The position numbers and the translations under genes were made by a program. Below, one piece after another: positions 24,611 to 40,127 of a stretch of 64,000 nt of DNA; position 1 is the stretch's first letter, and every line of letters starts with the position of its first letter. The notes beneath the pieces were generated by a model, which saw only the letters and a list, made by a program, of their open reading frames with translations, ran no database searches and was not told the DNA's origin. Location: contig CM114271.1 in the NCBI GenBank assembly GCA_050084515.1, forward strand, positions 45,570,001 through 45,634,000, read 5' to 3'. This DNA is from Blasia pusilla (taxonomy: Eukaryota).

Positions 24611-25454
24611 AGGGAGAAATGCGATTGATCTATCCTAACTTCTTTATCTACTCTAAATTTCCAACAAATCTATTTTGCAATACAACCATCCTATTCAAAT
24701 CTATTTTAACATTCTCCTTCCTCTCTCCACCACTACTATCCCCAATTCTTCAATTACTCTAATTTCTAACTAATCTATCATCTACTACAACAACCCTGAT
24801 CCAACCTCTCAAGCCATCAATCACCCTACCTCTAGAAAATCCCATTTAAGACCCCAACCAGAATCATCAGGCCTGGCCACAACCCAATGGCCCGCATCAA
24901 GCCCGTAATCAACCCGTGCCTAGCTTGGACGCAGGCTCTATAGCCCGCGCCCTAACTCGCAGGCGGGCTCCAAGGCCCGCGCCCGCACCCTAGCATGTGC
25001 ACAGCATGCGCGTGGGCTCTAAATAGCCCGCATGCCGTCCACATTGTGCCCTCTTGTAGCCCGCGTTGCGACTATGGCTTGCACCCTGGCCGAGACCCTT
25101 CATCCAAGCCTACATTGATTCCCGCGGTTGGAGCCCGCACAGTCAACCCGGGCGCCCAAAAAAACCGTGCTTGCGACTGATTTTCCATATTCGTGGTCAT
25201 GTCCGGACATGTCTGTCCCATGGACGGACTTGCCCGTTTCCGTGCAAACTTGAAAATAACTCCATGAATAGAGTCATCTCTAAATGACTCTATTCATGCC
25301 ATGATAAACGATTAGGCTTTTGTGACTCCATGAGTCATTAGTCATGGCCAATCATTTATGATCATTTATAACTAAGATGAGTCATATGAGCTAGTTATTA
25401 AAACCATGATTTATTCAAGTGCTATTTGTAATAGCGCCGTTTCCTCCACTTCAC

Positions 25455-26040
25455 TCAAGGGTCTTCCTCCACTTCTTTGTCCATTTCCCACAAGTATCTT
25501 GTTTCACAGATCGCGTTGCACACTAGTAGGAATCTTCACATATGATTTGGCATAATGGGTATCCTGATTCCCATCCTTTATCTTTCATCTCTTTCACGTA
25601 AAATGCTCCACCATCCGCTTGCTATGATAGGTTTTCATAGAATATGAACAATACTTATGTTGCTATTTGCTTGATGTTCCACCTTCCATATGTAATTCTT
25701 CCCAATGATCCTTCACGATTTTTTGGAGTACTCTGGCTCTGGTCATGACTACATGTAGATACTAACCCCATCCAATGATATTTGGACAATTTACAATGTC
25801 AATAATAGGATATACATATTGACCAATGAAGTGTATGCAAATTGCATCAAATATCGTTCTTCAATACTCTAATAATAATCTTGTAATATTCACTATGAAC
25901 AAAAAAGATCAATATGCTAACCTAGATAACCGAGATACCTTCAATTCTCAAGGTTATCCAATGGCAAAACATATTCTCACTCATCAAGTTTACTTATCTA
26001 TGGAGAAAAAAAATTCCACAAAAGAGTAGAGAGAGGGAGA
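25455..26040 (-). repeat. Second diverged copy of the hAT 5' region (BED exon and upstream sequence)
   Basis: Collinear with ~23925-24490 (e.g. GATTCCCATCCTTTATCTTTCATCTCT, GCTATGATAGGTTTTCATAGAA, GGTTATCCAATGGCAAAACATA). Confidence 0.8.
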
Positions 26041-29000
26041 CATAAAGGGAGGAATAAGATTGCGAGGGTATATAATTAGAATCCTCTCCTACCTGCACAT
26101 GACCCCATACATCAACCAAGCTTAAGCCAGAAGCTAGCCTTGCGGAGCCCACTTTAGCTCGTACCCTCTAACTGTCGCGACCCTCATGGCCAAACGAGTG
26201 CCAAAACGGAACATCGAAACACTAGCGAGCTCACGCTAAGATGGTTCGCGCGTTGGAGTGGTCTCGGACAAGAGATGAGACACAACCAAGGCTTCGCATT
26301 TCATATGTTGTGGTCGCGACTTAGAAACCTGGACCAAACGCGGATCAAGACTTGAGAGAAGTCAAGTCTAGGAAGTGCGTTGCCAAAGGAAGGAATCCGG
26401 ATTTGGGACGCCATTAGCGTTTGAGAGTTTTTTACTGTATTTATGGCAATAAATTTTAGTGCCAAGATGCGTTTGGAACAAGTAAGGATGCGTTGGAAAG
26501 CTTATGGAAAGCCAGTTTAGTTGCACTAAAGATCTTTGCAAACACACAAGTATCGGCTAAGAAACAACCCAAAAACGATTGTAAATAGAGTCGGGTTGAG
26601 GGCCACAATGAACCTTTCTTTTCCAAAGGTGGGGGGTTAGTGGAGATCCCCAAAAGTACTAGTAAGGGGGAAGGTCTCCAAGGGTGCTTGGGACTCGAAC
26701 CCCACTTTGGGCACGACGGGGCGGCTCAAGGGCATGGAACGGATCGGGAGTTTGGAGTTGGGCTTGAAAACCTGAACCAAGTCTATTGAGATGAATTTTA
26801 GAGATCCCTCTTGGATTCCAACCCGAGAATCAATTACTTGGATCGCGGTTAGGAACTCGCACGAGGCTCGTTGAATAGTGACGACTGCTAGGCGCGTAAG
26901 TGCCATTTTAGGTTCCTGTACTAACCAAAAATTATGTTCCAATTCTTGAAGGACTTGCTGTGTTAAGAACCTAGGAATGAGGGAAGGTTGAGCTTGATGA
27001 GATGCCGAGTTGAGGACTCGGTGGGTTGGAAGGCCGCTTGAGCCAAAGCCAGACTAACATGAATATGTTCGGGTGCAGAGTAGGCGATGAGATCGTGTCC
27101 TACTGAACATACGCTTCTCCAACACTAAGATTGACATTCAAGGAGAGTAGGCGCATGACACTAATACTGTCCTGAGCCTCAACCCGCAATACCCACATGC
27201 TTTGAAACTAGGCCCATAATCAGCTAGCATGGTCTGCACCTAAGCCCGCACCTTGCCTTCCTTGCCCCATGAGGGGCCACACTAAGCCCGCACTATGCTC
27301 TCATGGTCCGCTCGCACGCCATTCTGCGTCTGGCCTACTCTTAACTTGCTAGGTCCACGAGGGGCCTTGCGTCAAGCTTGCAAGTTTCCCGTGTTGTATT
27401 TGTGGCTTGCCTTGAGCCTTCAACATGCATCCTTCATCCCAACCCGTACGTATTCCCTCAACTAGAGCAAAAAATGTGACCCAAGCACCAAACAAACTCG
27501 GGCTAGCAACTAATTTGGCATGTTTGTGGACATGTCTGTCCCATGGACGTGCATTTCCATTTTGGTGCAACCTTATTTACATGTGCTTGTCACATAGCAA
27601 CCTTCCGCAACAATTGGGTTGAAGCAAATCAAGCATTTGCACCATATTTTTGGCGTGAGGGCCCCTCCTTCAGCTATTGCGATTAGCTTCATTCAATCAC
27701 AAATATCTTGCTCTTATGTGCGCGGATTGAGAAGTGTTGGTGCCAACATAAAAAAAGCATAGCTGACACTGTTTGGATCCATTGCATGGTCCCATGCTGC
27801 ATGGAAAGAAGCGGCTATAACTAGTTGATTAGTTGAGATACAATCATATCAACATATTTGATGAGACGACCCTTACGTTGAGTTGTTACAGGGGTGAGTT
27901 CTCCCATATTGCCCCTTGCTCTCCATCGCAGCCATTCATCCATTTCTTGTTGTCGTCTTGCCATGATGGATTTGTAGGCCCTCATGCATTGCTCCTTATG
28001 ATGTGCCATTACAACTCTCTGTCTTCTCTGGAGCTCATCTCTGGAAATTGATTCGTTCACTACGATCCTTTCCATCTCTCTCTTTAGTCTCTTGTACTCT
28101 GAGAAAAATTTTGGTGCTTCCCCTTCACAATGTTAAATTTTGCTTCCAAATCAAATGTGCATTGGGAATTCTTTATTAAACTCTCCAACTATGATAGCCA
28201 AGACATAAGCTCGCTATTTTCCAGAGCACTCTCCCCACAAAATGTTTCGGAATAGCACTATTGTGTAAAGGGCTATGGAACTCTCTCTATGCCCATCAAA
28301 ACTCATAGTACGACCTACATTAAGGTCATTCAAGACACCTCCTTCCCCACCTAGACTTGCCTTTGGTTTTTATTTTCGTCATCTATCTCCTCTTTGGTTG
28401 GTGGATTTCTTCTATGTCAATCCAAAAAGATATAAGGCCCCTAAGGCTTCTCGACAATCCACCATGATGGTCTTGGCATGATGACTCTCGTCATGGAAGA
28501 ACCGCTCATTGCTCTCCTCCATCTAGATAAGAAGATGATGGTTGTTGTTCACGTCAACGATATAGGCCCATACTTATTAAGTTTGGCATAGTATGAACCC
28601 TTAGTCGTTTTGAATGCAGTGGTGGGGATATTTCATCTTGAGCTTTTGGTCTCTTATCGCTTCTCGAAGACCCATCCTCCTCATCATCATAATGAACCTC
28701 CATGCCCTTCATCAACTCCCCAAAATTGGGCTTGACAAATACCTTGCTCACTAACTTCCTCTTCTTTGTTGGGAGATCTTCATAACTTGCAAGGCAATTG
28801 AACAAGGCCCAATCCTTCTTCCACTCAGCTTTTCCCACTTTCCTTGCAAGTTCACTGATTGCACGATCCGTCCACTTGAGCCACAACTTTTTGAACTCTA
28901 CTTGAAGAATATCTAGGCTGATATATGGCGTTGTCCAAGTGCGGCTACAATTAATCTTCGGTGACAAATAGTGAGACCGTATTCTTGATCACGGGCGTTG

Positions 29001-31743
29001 GCTGTCTCGATATGTCGTAGGATTCTTCCCCTCTTCTATCATCCTCGGAAGTCATCCTAGAGGACTACGGTCTTCATGAGGCGGCAACTCCATCTTCAAC
29101 TTGTCTTCTACCAAAATTCCAAAGGAAATATCTTTATGAGAAGATTTCAATAATAGTAACACAATGACATACAATACATCCATGGATCATACATCCTTGA
29201 TCGTTTACAATCATTGAGAGTTACACCTCAACATATTTCAATCATGTTTAAAACTTCTTGTAAAAAATATACAATCCTCAAACAAATTTATTTATAGTCA
29301 TACTATCGTGGTTATAATTAATAATCCCATCACCATATACTCAACAAGCATATCTAGATGATCTTAATCCAAAATCTATATGGTCTACATCTAATATTTT
29401 TGCATTTGCTCTTATATATGCAATAAGGTTTTCTAGGCTTTTGCGATTAGAGGAGTTTAGAGCCAATGCCCACTTTCGAATCCTCTCCAACAAGTCCATC
29501 TAACATTCGCGTAGGCATCCCTGATAGCAAGGTTGTATGTCACACCTAATTGAGGGCCTAATCCAAAACTAATTCTGCTCTCAAAGAAAAGGAGGAAAAA
29601 CATGAAGAATGGAGAGAAAATGTGAGTTACTTAGTCCCTATTCATCCCCTTATGAGCATTTTGGGCCCCACTTGTGATCCCTTTGCTCATAGTTTTATGT
29701 TTAAAACCCACTATAGATCGCTAGAAGTTATGAAGAGGGGAGGTAAGTTTGTACTTAACCTCCACCAATCAAACTCCGCCACGTGTCTTCATGGGGGGTT
29801 TGTGGGATGCTAGAAATTAGCCACGTGATGAGTTGGGATTGATTGATTGGACGTGGGTTAGGCAATGACCTCCAACGGGCCTCTAGGATCTTGCAAGCTC
29901 GACATGGACTTGACACAATGAATCGAGGCGGTCTAAGATGCAGGCCCAACTCATCTGTGACGCCTACATCTTATGGCGTCATAGATGAGTCCGACCTGAG
30001 CTAGAAATTGCTCAAAGAGGGCATCAGGTTGTAGGGATGAGATGCGGGCTACCCAAGCCATGGAAAAATGTTACATGCAAGGTTACAAGCGGACACAGAC
30101 TTTATCTATGTGTAACCTTGCAAGTCTTCCGTCTGGGTTTTTGGGATACCGATGGCCCTCATTGGCTTGGGATGGAGGAATGGATGTGGGCAAGGATTGA
30201 GCCGGTGTGTCGGTGTACATGCATGAGCCCTTGTGAGTCCCATATATCAGCTCACGATGGGCCCGCTCAAAGGCTCAAAGACAACATATTATTGGATTGG
30301 GTGCGTCTTGGCTGAGCTTGGATCTTTGTTGTGGATAGGGCAGGCCATGAAAAATTAGACTTGCACTTACATGTCCATCCTAGGGACAAACATAAGTTGA
30401 AGGCCACGTACCATGTTTGTGTACAACCTTGGAAAATTGGAATCCCCCTTGAGGAAATTGATTTATGTGGATTGGACTCATGTAAAAAACTTGTTAAATA
30501 TGACAACGAAATGAAAATGACTTAGACAAGGATGATTTGTGAGTTCAAGAATTGATAACAAAAGAATGACTTATGAGTCATCACCATATGAGCTTTCTTT
30601 TGAAAATCCACAAGTTAAAACTCAAATCAAAGGAACAAACACACAAAATACATATGTATCATGAAATAGAACGAGTTTTTAAAATATTGAGATGAATAAG
30701 GCTCACATTCAAAATGTGAACCTTATGCTAGGAATGGCCTCTAGCTCCAAAAAATACACAACTTGAATAAAAAAGGATAGGAGACTTCATTAAGTACAAA
30801 AAGAGACTCAAAGAGCCAAAGTGCTCTATGGCCTGAACCAGTGGGAGGATAAAAAAAAGAGAGGATGGATCCCTAATATCTTGAACCTTACCAACCAAAA
30901 AAAAAACATCAATCCAAGATTTGGTTTTCTTATTTCTAATCTCTTTCCCGTAACTAAAATTACTTAAAGAAAATTTCATTCATGTAATAGAGCAAGTTAT
31001 GATTCATTAAAAAATTGATTCGGAATGGCTATTCTTTCACCAAGCACAATCTTCCTAGATTGAATTAGTCTCTAATATACTTATCCCTATTTCGCACCTA
31101 ATTTTTTTTGAATTGATTTGGAGCACTCTTATTGCTTGCATTGAGATTGTAATGTACGAACTTAAAATCACGGCAACTTTCTAAGGATAATCTTTGCACT
31201 ATAGATCTAGAATCCCATCACCAATTCCCCTATCAATTTAATCCTTTGTCATTAGTAAGGTGTCTTAATACTCTTTCTTTGATGCTCTTCAACAAACTTG
31301 GATAAATCATAAAGCAAAGAAAAAATTGTGCACAACTACAAGATTATGGTCATTAAAACCAAAGGGTCCATGACTAGATATATCAATTTCCTTATGGTGA
31401 AAACTAAGTGTGACATGGAAACTCAAGATGGCATTCGTAAGGTATTGATCTATTGGGCTGAAAGAGTAATAATTCCTAAAATAAGATAGAGCTACTTTAT
31501 CTATCGAACCAATTCAACCATAGTCATAATTTTTTCCCCTAGGAGAGGGCATCTTGGTAATTTTGAAATGGGAATAATAGTCTACTACCCTTAATCCAAT
31601 CCAACAACCCTACATTTCAATGCATAGATATTTTCTCCATTTCAATCCAATTAGGTTGTGTTAAGAGTTATGAACACATGTGAAATGTAAAGAAGATAAA
31701 AAGCTAATTGTAAATCCTTGCAATCTAGGATACTCAACTAGTT

Positions 31744-34211
31744 TTACCTAGCTGTAATATTGGTAGTCCAATTTATGGTAGGAAAGCTCTCGTTGGAGGA
31801 CCTAGCAGAAGATCGTGATCCTTGATGAACTCGTTGATATTCGTCAAAAGTAGAAGCAATGAGGTTAGATGGAGAATGATTTGAAGGTGTTATGATCCCT
31901 TGTTGATGCTCCTCTAGATCCAGAGCTTCACTCAATGCAATAACAACTTGTTGTATATCTCGTCTATTCATTGCAGAAGGCTCCAAACATGCCATTGCTA
32001 TCTCAACAACTCTCCATGCAGAGTCTAGATTATATTTTGTGGCTAGCGCAAGATCGATTATCTCTTGGATAGAGTTTTTCTGTCGAGAATCTCCCACCTG
32101 TTGCAATAAACTCTTTCATTTTTAGAATTACTCAATAATATGATCTAAAGGGATAAGGGTGCCCTTGTTTCTATAGATTACCAAGAAAACTGAAATTCCG
32201 AAGATCTCATTAGAACCACTAGCAAATAACCAAATTTAAGGCTAAAATCCAATAATGAGGTGAAAGTTCAATTAAAGAGATTTGCAAAAGAAAAAGAATT
32301 CTAAATTCCTAACATTGGAATCAAGAATCCTTTTCATGCACATGGATATTAAGACACAAGTAAAAATTAAGGAATCATTTGAGTAGTAGTGGCCATGTGT
32401 AGTCCATACTTTCTTTGATTGTAGGTGATGATGATTTCATACAACCTTTTCCCTTCTTTTTGTGATTGATGTAACGAGGCAAAATAGAGGGAGGAAACAT
32501 GACAATAAAGTCATGTCATTAAAGCATGTATTATTTTCATACAATTGCACTTACCCAATCTATGAGAGTGGATGTCACGCCATTTGGAAATTGAATTGTG
32601 TTGTATTTTTTTCCAGTGATAACTTCAAGCAAAACAACGCCAAAGCTGTAGACGTCACTCTTTAAGTTCAATCGATTCTCCTTGAAGTACCTGACCAATG
32701 ACCACCCCAAGTTCTATCTTAAACATGAAGATATTTTATGAGGTTGTGGAAATTTTTTGAATTTAGGAAGCATGGATGGTCTAAGTGGAGAAGAGACTTA
32801 CTCTGGATCAAGATAGCCGAAGGAACCCTTCACTCCAGTTATAATCTCAATTTGATTATCCTGGGTTGTGCTTTTTGAAATGCCAAAATCTGATATTTTG
32901 GCCATGAGCTTATCGGCCAATAAAATATTGCTTGGTTTTATGTCTCGATGAATAACGGAGGGAGAGCAAGAATGATGCAAGTACTCGATTCCTGGAGAAA
33001 TATAGAAGCCACAAACAGAAAAAACAATTGTATATCTTCTCATGAGTTGTGGGATGATTTTGGGTATGAAATAAAATGGATGGAATGAAGAGGTTATTAG
33101 AGTGAGAAAAAGGAAATGCTTACCATAGAGGTGCTCTTGCAAAGTCCCTTGAGACATGAATACATATACTAAAACTCGCTCATTTTCTTCCTTGCAATAA
33201 CCTACAAAAGATACCAAATTTTTGTGGTGTAATCTTGACAGGAGCATTACCTAGCCACATCCACCACCAAATGTTGAATGAGATTCAAAGCTCAGTAATT
33301 GAAAGTGTCTATAGTTAAGCCTAGAAAGACTTTGAATGCCAACCATAATCATGCTTTTGGTTTGTTGTGGATCATAAGTTTGTATGATCTTTTACACTTA
33401 TTTCCAATTAATCAAAATCTTAGTGATGCTTGATCCTACTTTGACATATGAATTGGTTGATGACGACGTGATTTACCTCGTTCAAAAATTCCTTTTCTCC
33501 TTGGTGAGAATTTCCTTTGTTTACTTTCACTGCAACCCCTTGACCGTCAGGCAGTTGTCCGTAGTAAACATCTCCGTAGCCACCTTTACCAATTTTTCTT
33601 GAAAAGTTGTTTGTGGCATGAAGTATCTCGATTTTTGAGAAAGAAATAGGTTGGTTTGGATCTCTAGGCTTGTTTGAAAATGAATAAACCCCATGGGCAA
33701 CAACTTTCACATCAGATTCACCTGGACTAACAAAAAGAACCCATTCAATACTCACAAATAGAAGAGCAGGCCCTTCGTAGGAAACCATTTGAGCGGCAGA
33801 TCGTAATGCTCCCAAAAAAGCAGCTCCTTGCATCCGATCGAGCCAATTTCCTGAGATGTGCGCTTTTCCGTCGTATTTTGGTCGTGACAGTGCCCCGCCC
33901 TACGGGCCGGAAAACATAAAGATATTCATTGAATTTAGGACTAGACTACATATTATAAAAATTCACATAAGTAGACAACCATTACTCGATTGAGTAAGTA
34001 TTTTCATACCTTGATGTTTGGAATTCTTCCTCTTTCTATACACACAAATTAAAATCATCGCTAGAAGTAGTAGCCGAAGTGCGCCACCTATTGCTGCACC
34101 CACTATGGGCCCAATATTGGAGCTTAAGCCCTTGGAAGGAGATCTTGGTGAGGACGATGGTCGTAAGCAGGAATTTCCTCCAAAACAGAGGTATGGATTA
34201 TCATTTGCCCT
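31744..34211 (-). pseudogene. Receptor-like kinase (TM plus RD kinase), no ectodomain exons, one kinase exon deleted
   Basis: IGKGGYGDVYYG..VAVK, LSRLHHKNLVSFVGYC, HRDIKPSNILL..KISDFG, GSFGYLDPE, SDVYSFGVVLLE; lacks the LDWRTRLDI exon seen in the + copy. Confidence 0.88.
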
Positions 34212-36171
34212 GTAAAAATTCCAAAATAAGCAATGTTATTTTTGTAGATTAACAATGTCCTTGATCATTCAATCATTTGAAACTTGATCATTCACTCCCT
34301 TATATACAACACGTATCATTGAATTGCAACTTAATTACGACTATAAAGGAGAGGAAGGATTTCCTACGAAAAAGTCAATGTGCCCGTATCAATTTTCTTC
34401 GATAGACCTCATGGTAGATCTCCCTCCAAGAGGTTATGATCCAAATTTCTGGACAATATGCACAAAATACCATAGTTACATGCCACTCATCCATTGTATA
34501 GTTAAGACAAACAATTTGTAATATTTTTGGTCATAACAGTATCTATCTTCTAATCTAGATAATGAAAAATAAATTCTTAAGGTGATCTTAACAACTACAA
34601 CTTCAAATTGTGATCCAAATCTTTCTACTTTTCTTGAATAGATTATCAATATCATAATTGGTGTCTTATGATCCTTTTGCTGAGGAATCCGTATGCTGAG
34701 GGCTGGAGCTTGCCGCTTGGGCAACTTTTTTCTACTTCATTGCATTGAATCAGCTCTGCGGCTTCTGAGGGAATGAATAGCCCTAGAATCATCTGCGTAG
34801 AGGCGAGGCCCGAGCCTTAAATCGTATGCAGCTACAGTTTGGCGATTCGAAATTGAGTGAACTAGGGAATGAGGACGCGGAAGGAAAGTAGAGAGCTAAA
34901 AGAGGATATGATCATCTCTGGCAGGACTTGTGAGCTTCTGCTCGTCCTATTCCCCCAGTCAAACAATCTCCTCAGTCGGATGAAGAACCGGTAGGCGAAT
35001 TCGTCCTATTAGTTTCCAGTAACATCTGAGCATTTGACTAGCATCTCACATTTGAAAGAAACAAGTCAATTAGATTTTGCGCGTGTGAGGGGAATTTAGA
35101 AACAGGTTCCCATGTGGTCTGGGTACAACAACAGCGTGTCAATTCCAGATTCATAGGAGAGCACAGCGGTAAGTTGAACTCAATCCACTCCGAGTTGTCT
35201 GCTCAACGCATTTCAAGAACTTCTCTTGGACCATTCCTGTCTCTCCGTAAGCCTGTGTATCCCAATTGGTATTTCTATTCAACGTCAATGTCACATATAC
35301 TTAAGGGTGACTCATGGCAGTAAGGAAATGTCCTAGCAAATCCGGCGGCTTCATGGCGTTTCGATTCCAGGCATGGAATCTTGTAAAGTCGATGGCAGTT
35401 TTGTTTCCCTGGCAGAAATAGACTGCAGAGATAACGTCGAGCGACATCCTCTCTTCCATTACGGATTCATTGCCGTAAGGTCGAGGGACCTGGCTGTCGC
35501 CAATTAATCAACGCAGGTTTTGAGTGCGTAACGGAAACTTGTCCGATTATGACTCCGCATGCCCTTGGGACCAGGCGAACCATTGATTTTGTTTGGCAAC
35601 TCTCTCGTATCTCTGGCAATCATAGAAGAAGTGTTTCTCACTTTTATAGGACTTAATGTTGTGAGTTCCATTCCGATGTACACTGCCGGATCAGTGCAGC
35701 GCTAACTTCAGCACAACTCGAAAGATGATCGGCTTCGTTTGTGGCCTTTGCGCGACGCTCACGGGCCGACGATATGAAGTATTGATCGTAAATGTCCTCA
35801 ACGGGATTGATCACAGGAGATGGAGCGAGTGAAGCTTGCAATAGATGTGAAACAAGTTTCGGCACTGAGTAAATTCGGAGCAGAGATTTCTCAATGACAC
35901 AGTCGTGACGGAGAAATATTGCGCATTAAGTAGTATTTGGACTGCGTGGCAAACTGGGATGAGTGAAGATGGAATCCAATATCATATGACAGGAGTTTGT
36001 AGTGGAGGGAGAGGGAAATTAATTCGATTTGATTTCCTCATGTGCAGAAAGTGTTCGATAGACGCTCATGGGAGATACAATTTGACGTAGAAGCAGAAAG
36101 TCCGAACAACACAAGGTGATCATTAACTACGCCGCCTTATTTGGAAAATGTCGTCGGTACGGCTGCACACA

Positions 36172-39100
36172 ATGAGTCGAGGACGTGCGGGGGAAGTCCT
36201 GTTCTGTGTGGTCGTGTGGTGTTTGAGTTTTCTGCAGACGACGAACGCTCAAATAGGTACTTCCATCTTCAAGTTCGTAGCTGAATTGCCTCGCAGTTCT
36301 GGCACAATTCGAGGATACTTGAATCATGTCAAGCCAATTCTTCTTGAGCCATTGGTGAAGGGAATTTAGGACCTAAATAGGATTGTGCGTGCAGCTTCTT
36401 TCGGGTTGGTTTCAGCATATTTGTGGTAACTACAGAGACTCGTTCGATCTTTGAGCGCAGGTTTCATCAGCATCGATTGCGGCACGGGTTCCAACTACAC
36501 TGACAATCGCAAGAGTTTTTGGGTAAACGATGAAAGATACAGAATGGCATAGTAGATATCTCGGGAGCGAATCTCAACACAAATCAAGTGAATGATATTG
36601 GCCCGCAGTTGCAGACGATCAGATACTTCCCTGGGACCCAGAGCAAGTCGTGTTACATGATTCCTGAAGTCGAAGCGAACCAGTTGTACCTTGTTCGCTT
36701 GATGTTCCTCGCTGGTGACTTGACTTCCAAGCTGGGGAAATCGATCACCTTCGGCGTGACACTTGGAAATTACCGGTGGGAGGATGTTGTAATCGATGAT
36801 CCTCTCACTCCTGTGATCATGGAAGCTGTACTTACAACGATGATGAGTCCGTGGCCTAAAATGAGTCTGAAAGTGTTTAAAATTTCAGATAATCATTGAT
36901 AGTTAGGTTTTTCATGGTAAAGTTGTCTGCAATCATAAGACACCAATTATGATATTGATGATCTATTCAAGAAAAATAGAAATAATTTGGATCACAATTT
37001 GAAGTTGCAGTTATTAAGATCACCTTCAGATTTTTTTTCATTATCTAGATTAGAAGATAGATATTGTTATGACCAAAAATATTACAAATTGTTTGTCTTA
37101 ACTATACTATGGATGAGTGGCATGTAACTATGGTATTTTGTGCATATTGTCCATAAATTTGGATCATAACCTCTTGGAGGGAGATCAACCACAAGGTCTA
37201 TCAAAGAAAATTGATACCGGCACATTGACTTTTTAGTAGGAAATCCTTCCTCTCCCTTTTAGTCCTAATTAAGTTGCAATTCAATGATACGTGTTGTATA
37301 TAAGGGAGTGAATGATTAAGTTTGAAATGATTGAATGATCAAGGACATTGTTAATCTACAAAAATAACATTGCTTATTTTGGAATTTTTACAGGGCAAAT
37401 GATAATCCACCTCTGTTTTGGAGGAAATTCCTGCTTACGACCATCATCCTCACCAAGATCTCCTTCCAAGGGCTTAAGCTCCAATATTGGGCCCATAGTG
37501 GGTGCAACAATAGGTGGCGCACTTGGGCTACTACTTCTAGCGATGATTTTAATTTGTGTGTATAGAAAGAGGAAGAATTCCAAACATCAAGGTATGAAAA
37601 TACTTACTCAATCAAGTAATGGTTGTCTACTTATGTGAATTTTTATAATATGTAGTCTAGTCCTGAATTCAATGAATATCTTTATGTTTTCCTTCCTGCT
37701 CTTCTATTTGTGAATATTGAATGGGTTCTTTTTGTTAGTCCAGATGAATCTGATGTGAAAGTTGTTGCCCATGGGGTTTATTCATTTTCAAACAAGCCTA
37801 GAGATCCAAACCAACCTATTTCTTTCTCAAAAATCGAGATACTTCATGCCACAAACAACTTTTCAAGAAAAATTGGTAAAGGTGGCTACGGAGATGTTTA
37901 CTACGGACAACTGCCTGATGGTCAAGAGGTTGCAGTGAAAGTAAACAAAGGAAATTCTCACCAAGGAGAAAAGGAATTTTTGAACGAGGGAAATCACGTT
38001 GTCATCAACCAATTCATATGTCAAAGTAGGATCAAGCATCACTAAGATTTTGATTAATTGGAAATAAGTGTAAAAGATCATACAAACTTATGATCCACAA
38101 CAAACCAAAAGCATGATTATGGTTGGCATTCAAAGTCTTTCTAGGCTTAACTATAGACACTTTCAATTACTAAGCTTTGAATCTCATTCAACATTTGGTG
38201 GTGGATGTGGCTAGGTAATGCTCCTGTCAAGATTACACCACAAAAATTTGGTGTCTTTTGTAGGTTATTGCAAGGAAGAAAATGATCGAGTTTTAGTATA
38301 TGTATTCATGTCTCAAGGGACTTTGCAAGAGCACCTCTATGGTAAGCATTTCCTTTTTCTCACTCTAATAACCTCTTCATTCCATCCATTTTATTTCATA
38401 CCCAAAATCATCCCACAACTCATGAGAAGATATACAATTTTTCCTTTGAGAAATGGTTCAAAGGTTCTATTATTTGCTTTATTGAAAGGAAATTGTTTTG
38501 ATGGAGGGAAAAAATCTTGGAATATTGGGAATAAACTTGAGTGTGTTCATGAGATTCCCTAATTTCCACCAACTTGTTTCTCTCTTTGAAATAGGTGAAG
38601 GAGGGACTGCTGTACCACAACCACTAGATTGGCGAACAAGATTAGATATTGTCCTCAACGCTACTCGAGGTGATGATGATATTGGGATTTAGCATGCATC
38701 TAAATTCATGCATATGGATCATAGTGTTAGGGAGATGTGTGCATTTAGAGCACTTATACCTTTCAAATGAAGGATGTGTGATTCTCTTTACTCAAGAAGA
38801 GTCCTTCATGCGATCAATTCATTGTTCTACTCTAACTACTACAAGTTTTTTCTGTTTGTGGCTTCTATATTTCTCCAGGAATCGAGTACTTGCATCATTC
38901 TTGCTCTCCCTCCGTTATTCATCGAGACATAAAACCAAGCAATATTTTATTGGCCGATAAGCTTATGGCCAAAATATCAGATTTTGGCATTTCAAAAAGC
39001 ACAACCCAGGATAATCAAATTGAGATTATAACTGGAGTGAAGGGTTCCTTCGGCTATCTTGATCCAGAGTAAGTCTCTTCTCCACTTAGACCATCCATGC

Positions 39101-40127
39101 TTCCTAAATTCAAAAAATTTCCACAACCTCATAAAATATCTTCATGTTTAAGATAGAACTTGGGGTGGTCATTGGTCAGGTACTTCAAGGAGAATCGATT
39201 GAACTTAAAGAGTGACGTCTACAGCTTTGGCGTTGTTTTGCTTGAAGTTATCACTGGAAAAAAATACAACACAATTCAATTTCCAAATGGCGTGACATCC
39301 ACTCTCATAGATTGGATAAGTGCAATTGTATGAAAATAATACATGCTTTAATGATAGGACTTTATTGTCATGTTTTCTCCCTCTATTTTGCCTCGTTACA
39401 TCAATCACAAAAAGAAGGGAAAAGGTTGTATGAAATCTTCATCACCTACAATGAAAGAAAGTATGAACTACATATGGGCACTAATACTCAAATGATTCCT
39501 TAATTTTTACTTGTGTCTTAATATCCATGTGCATGAAAAGGATTCTTGATTCCAATGTTAGGAATTTAGAATTTCTTTTTCTTTTGCAAATCTCTTGAAT
39601 TGAACTTTCACCTCATTATTGGATCTTAGCCTTAAATTTGGTTATTTGCTAGTAGTTCTAATGAAATCTTCGGAATTTCATTTTTCTTGGTAATCTATAG
39701 AAACAAGCGCATCCTTATCCCTTTAGATTATGTTATTGAGTAATTCTAAAAATAAAAGAGTTGATTGCAACAGGTGGGAGATTATCGACAGAAAAATTCT
39801 ATCCAAGAGATAATCGATCCTGCGCTAGCCACAAAATATAATCTAGACTGTGCATGGAGAGTTGTTAAGATAGCAATGGCATGTTTGGAGCCTTCTGCAA
39901 AGGATAGACCAGATATACAACAAGTTGTTATTGCATTGAGTGAAGCTCTGGATCTAGAGGAGCATCAACAAGGGATCATAACACCTTCAAATCATTCTCC
40001 ATCTAACCTCACTGCTTCTACTTTCGACAAATATCAACGAGTTCATCAAGGATCACGATCTTCTGCTAGGTCCTCCAACGAGAGCTTTCCTACCATAAAT
40101 TCGACTACCAATATTACAGCTAGGTAA
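36172..40127 (+). pseudogene. Malectin-like-domain receptor kinase (LRR-I-type): signal peptide, partial malectin, TM and kinase; rest of ectodomain absent
   Basis: MSRGRAGEVLFCVVVWCLSFLQTTNAQI; GFISIDCG..LQTIRYFPG..SCY..LYLVRLMF; TM IVGATIGGALGLLLLAMILICVYRKRK; kinase exons. Donors appear mutated to GG (~37988) and AT (~39316). Confidence 0.85.

Noticed and set aside
26070-30560. ORFs at 26637-26942, 27821-28075, 28554-28967 and 30037-30525
   Set aside because: Short and broken, with no motif I can support; left unannotated.
36172-40127. Naming the kinase SYMRK or IOS1
   Set aside because: Family-level similarity only; orthology cannot be judged without a phylogeny.
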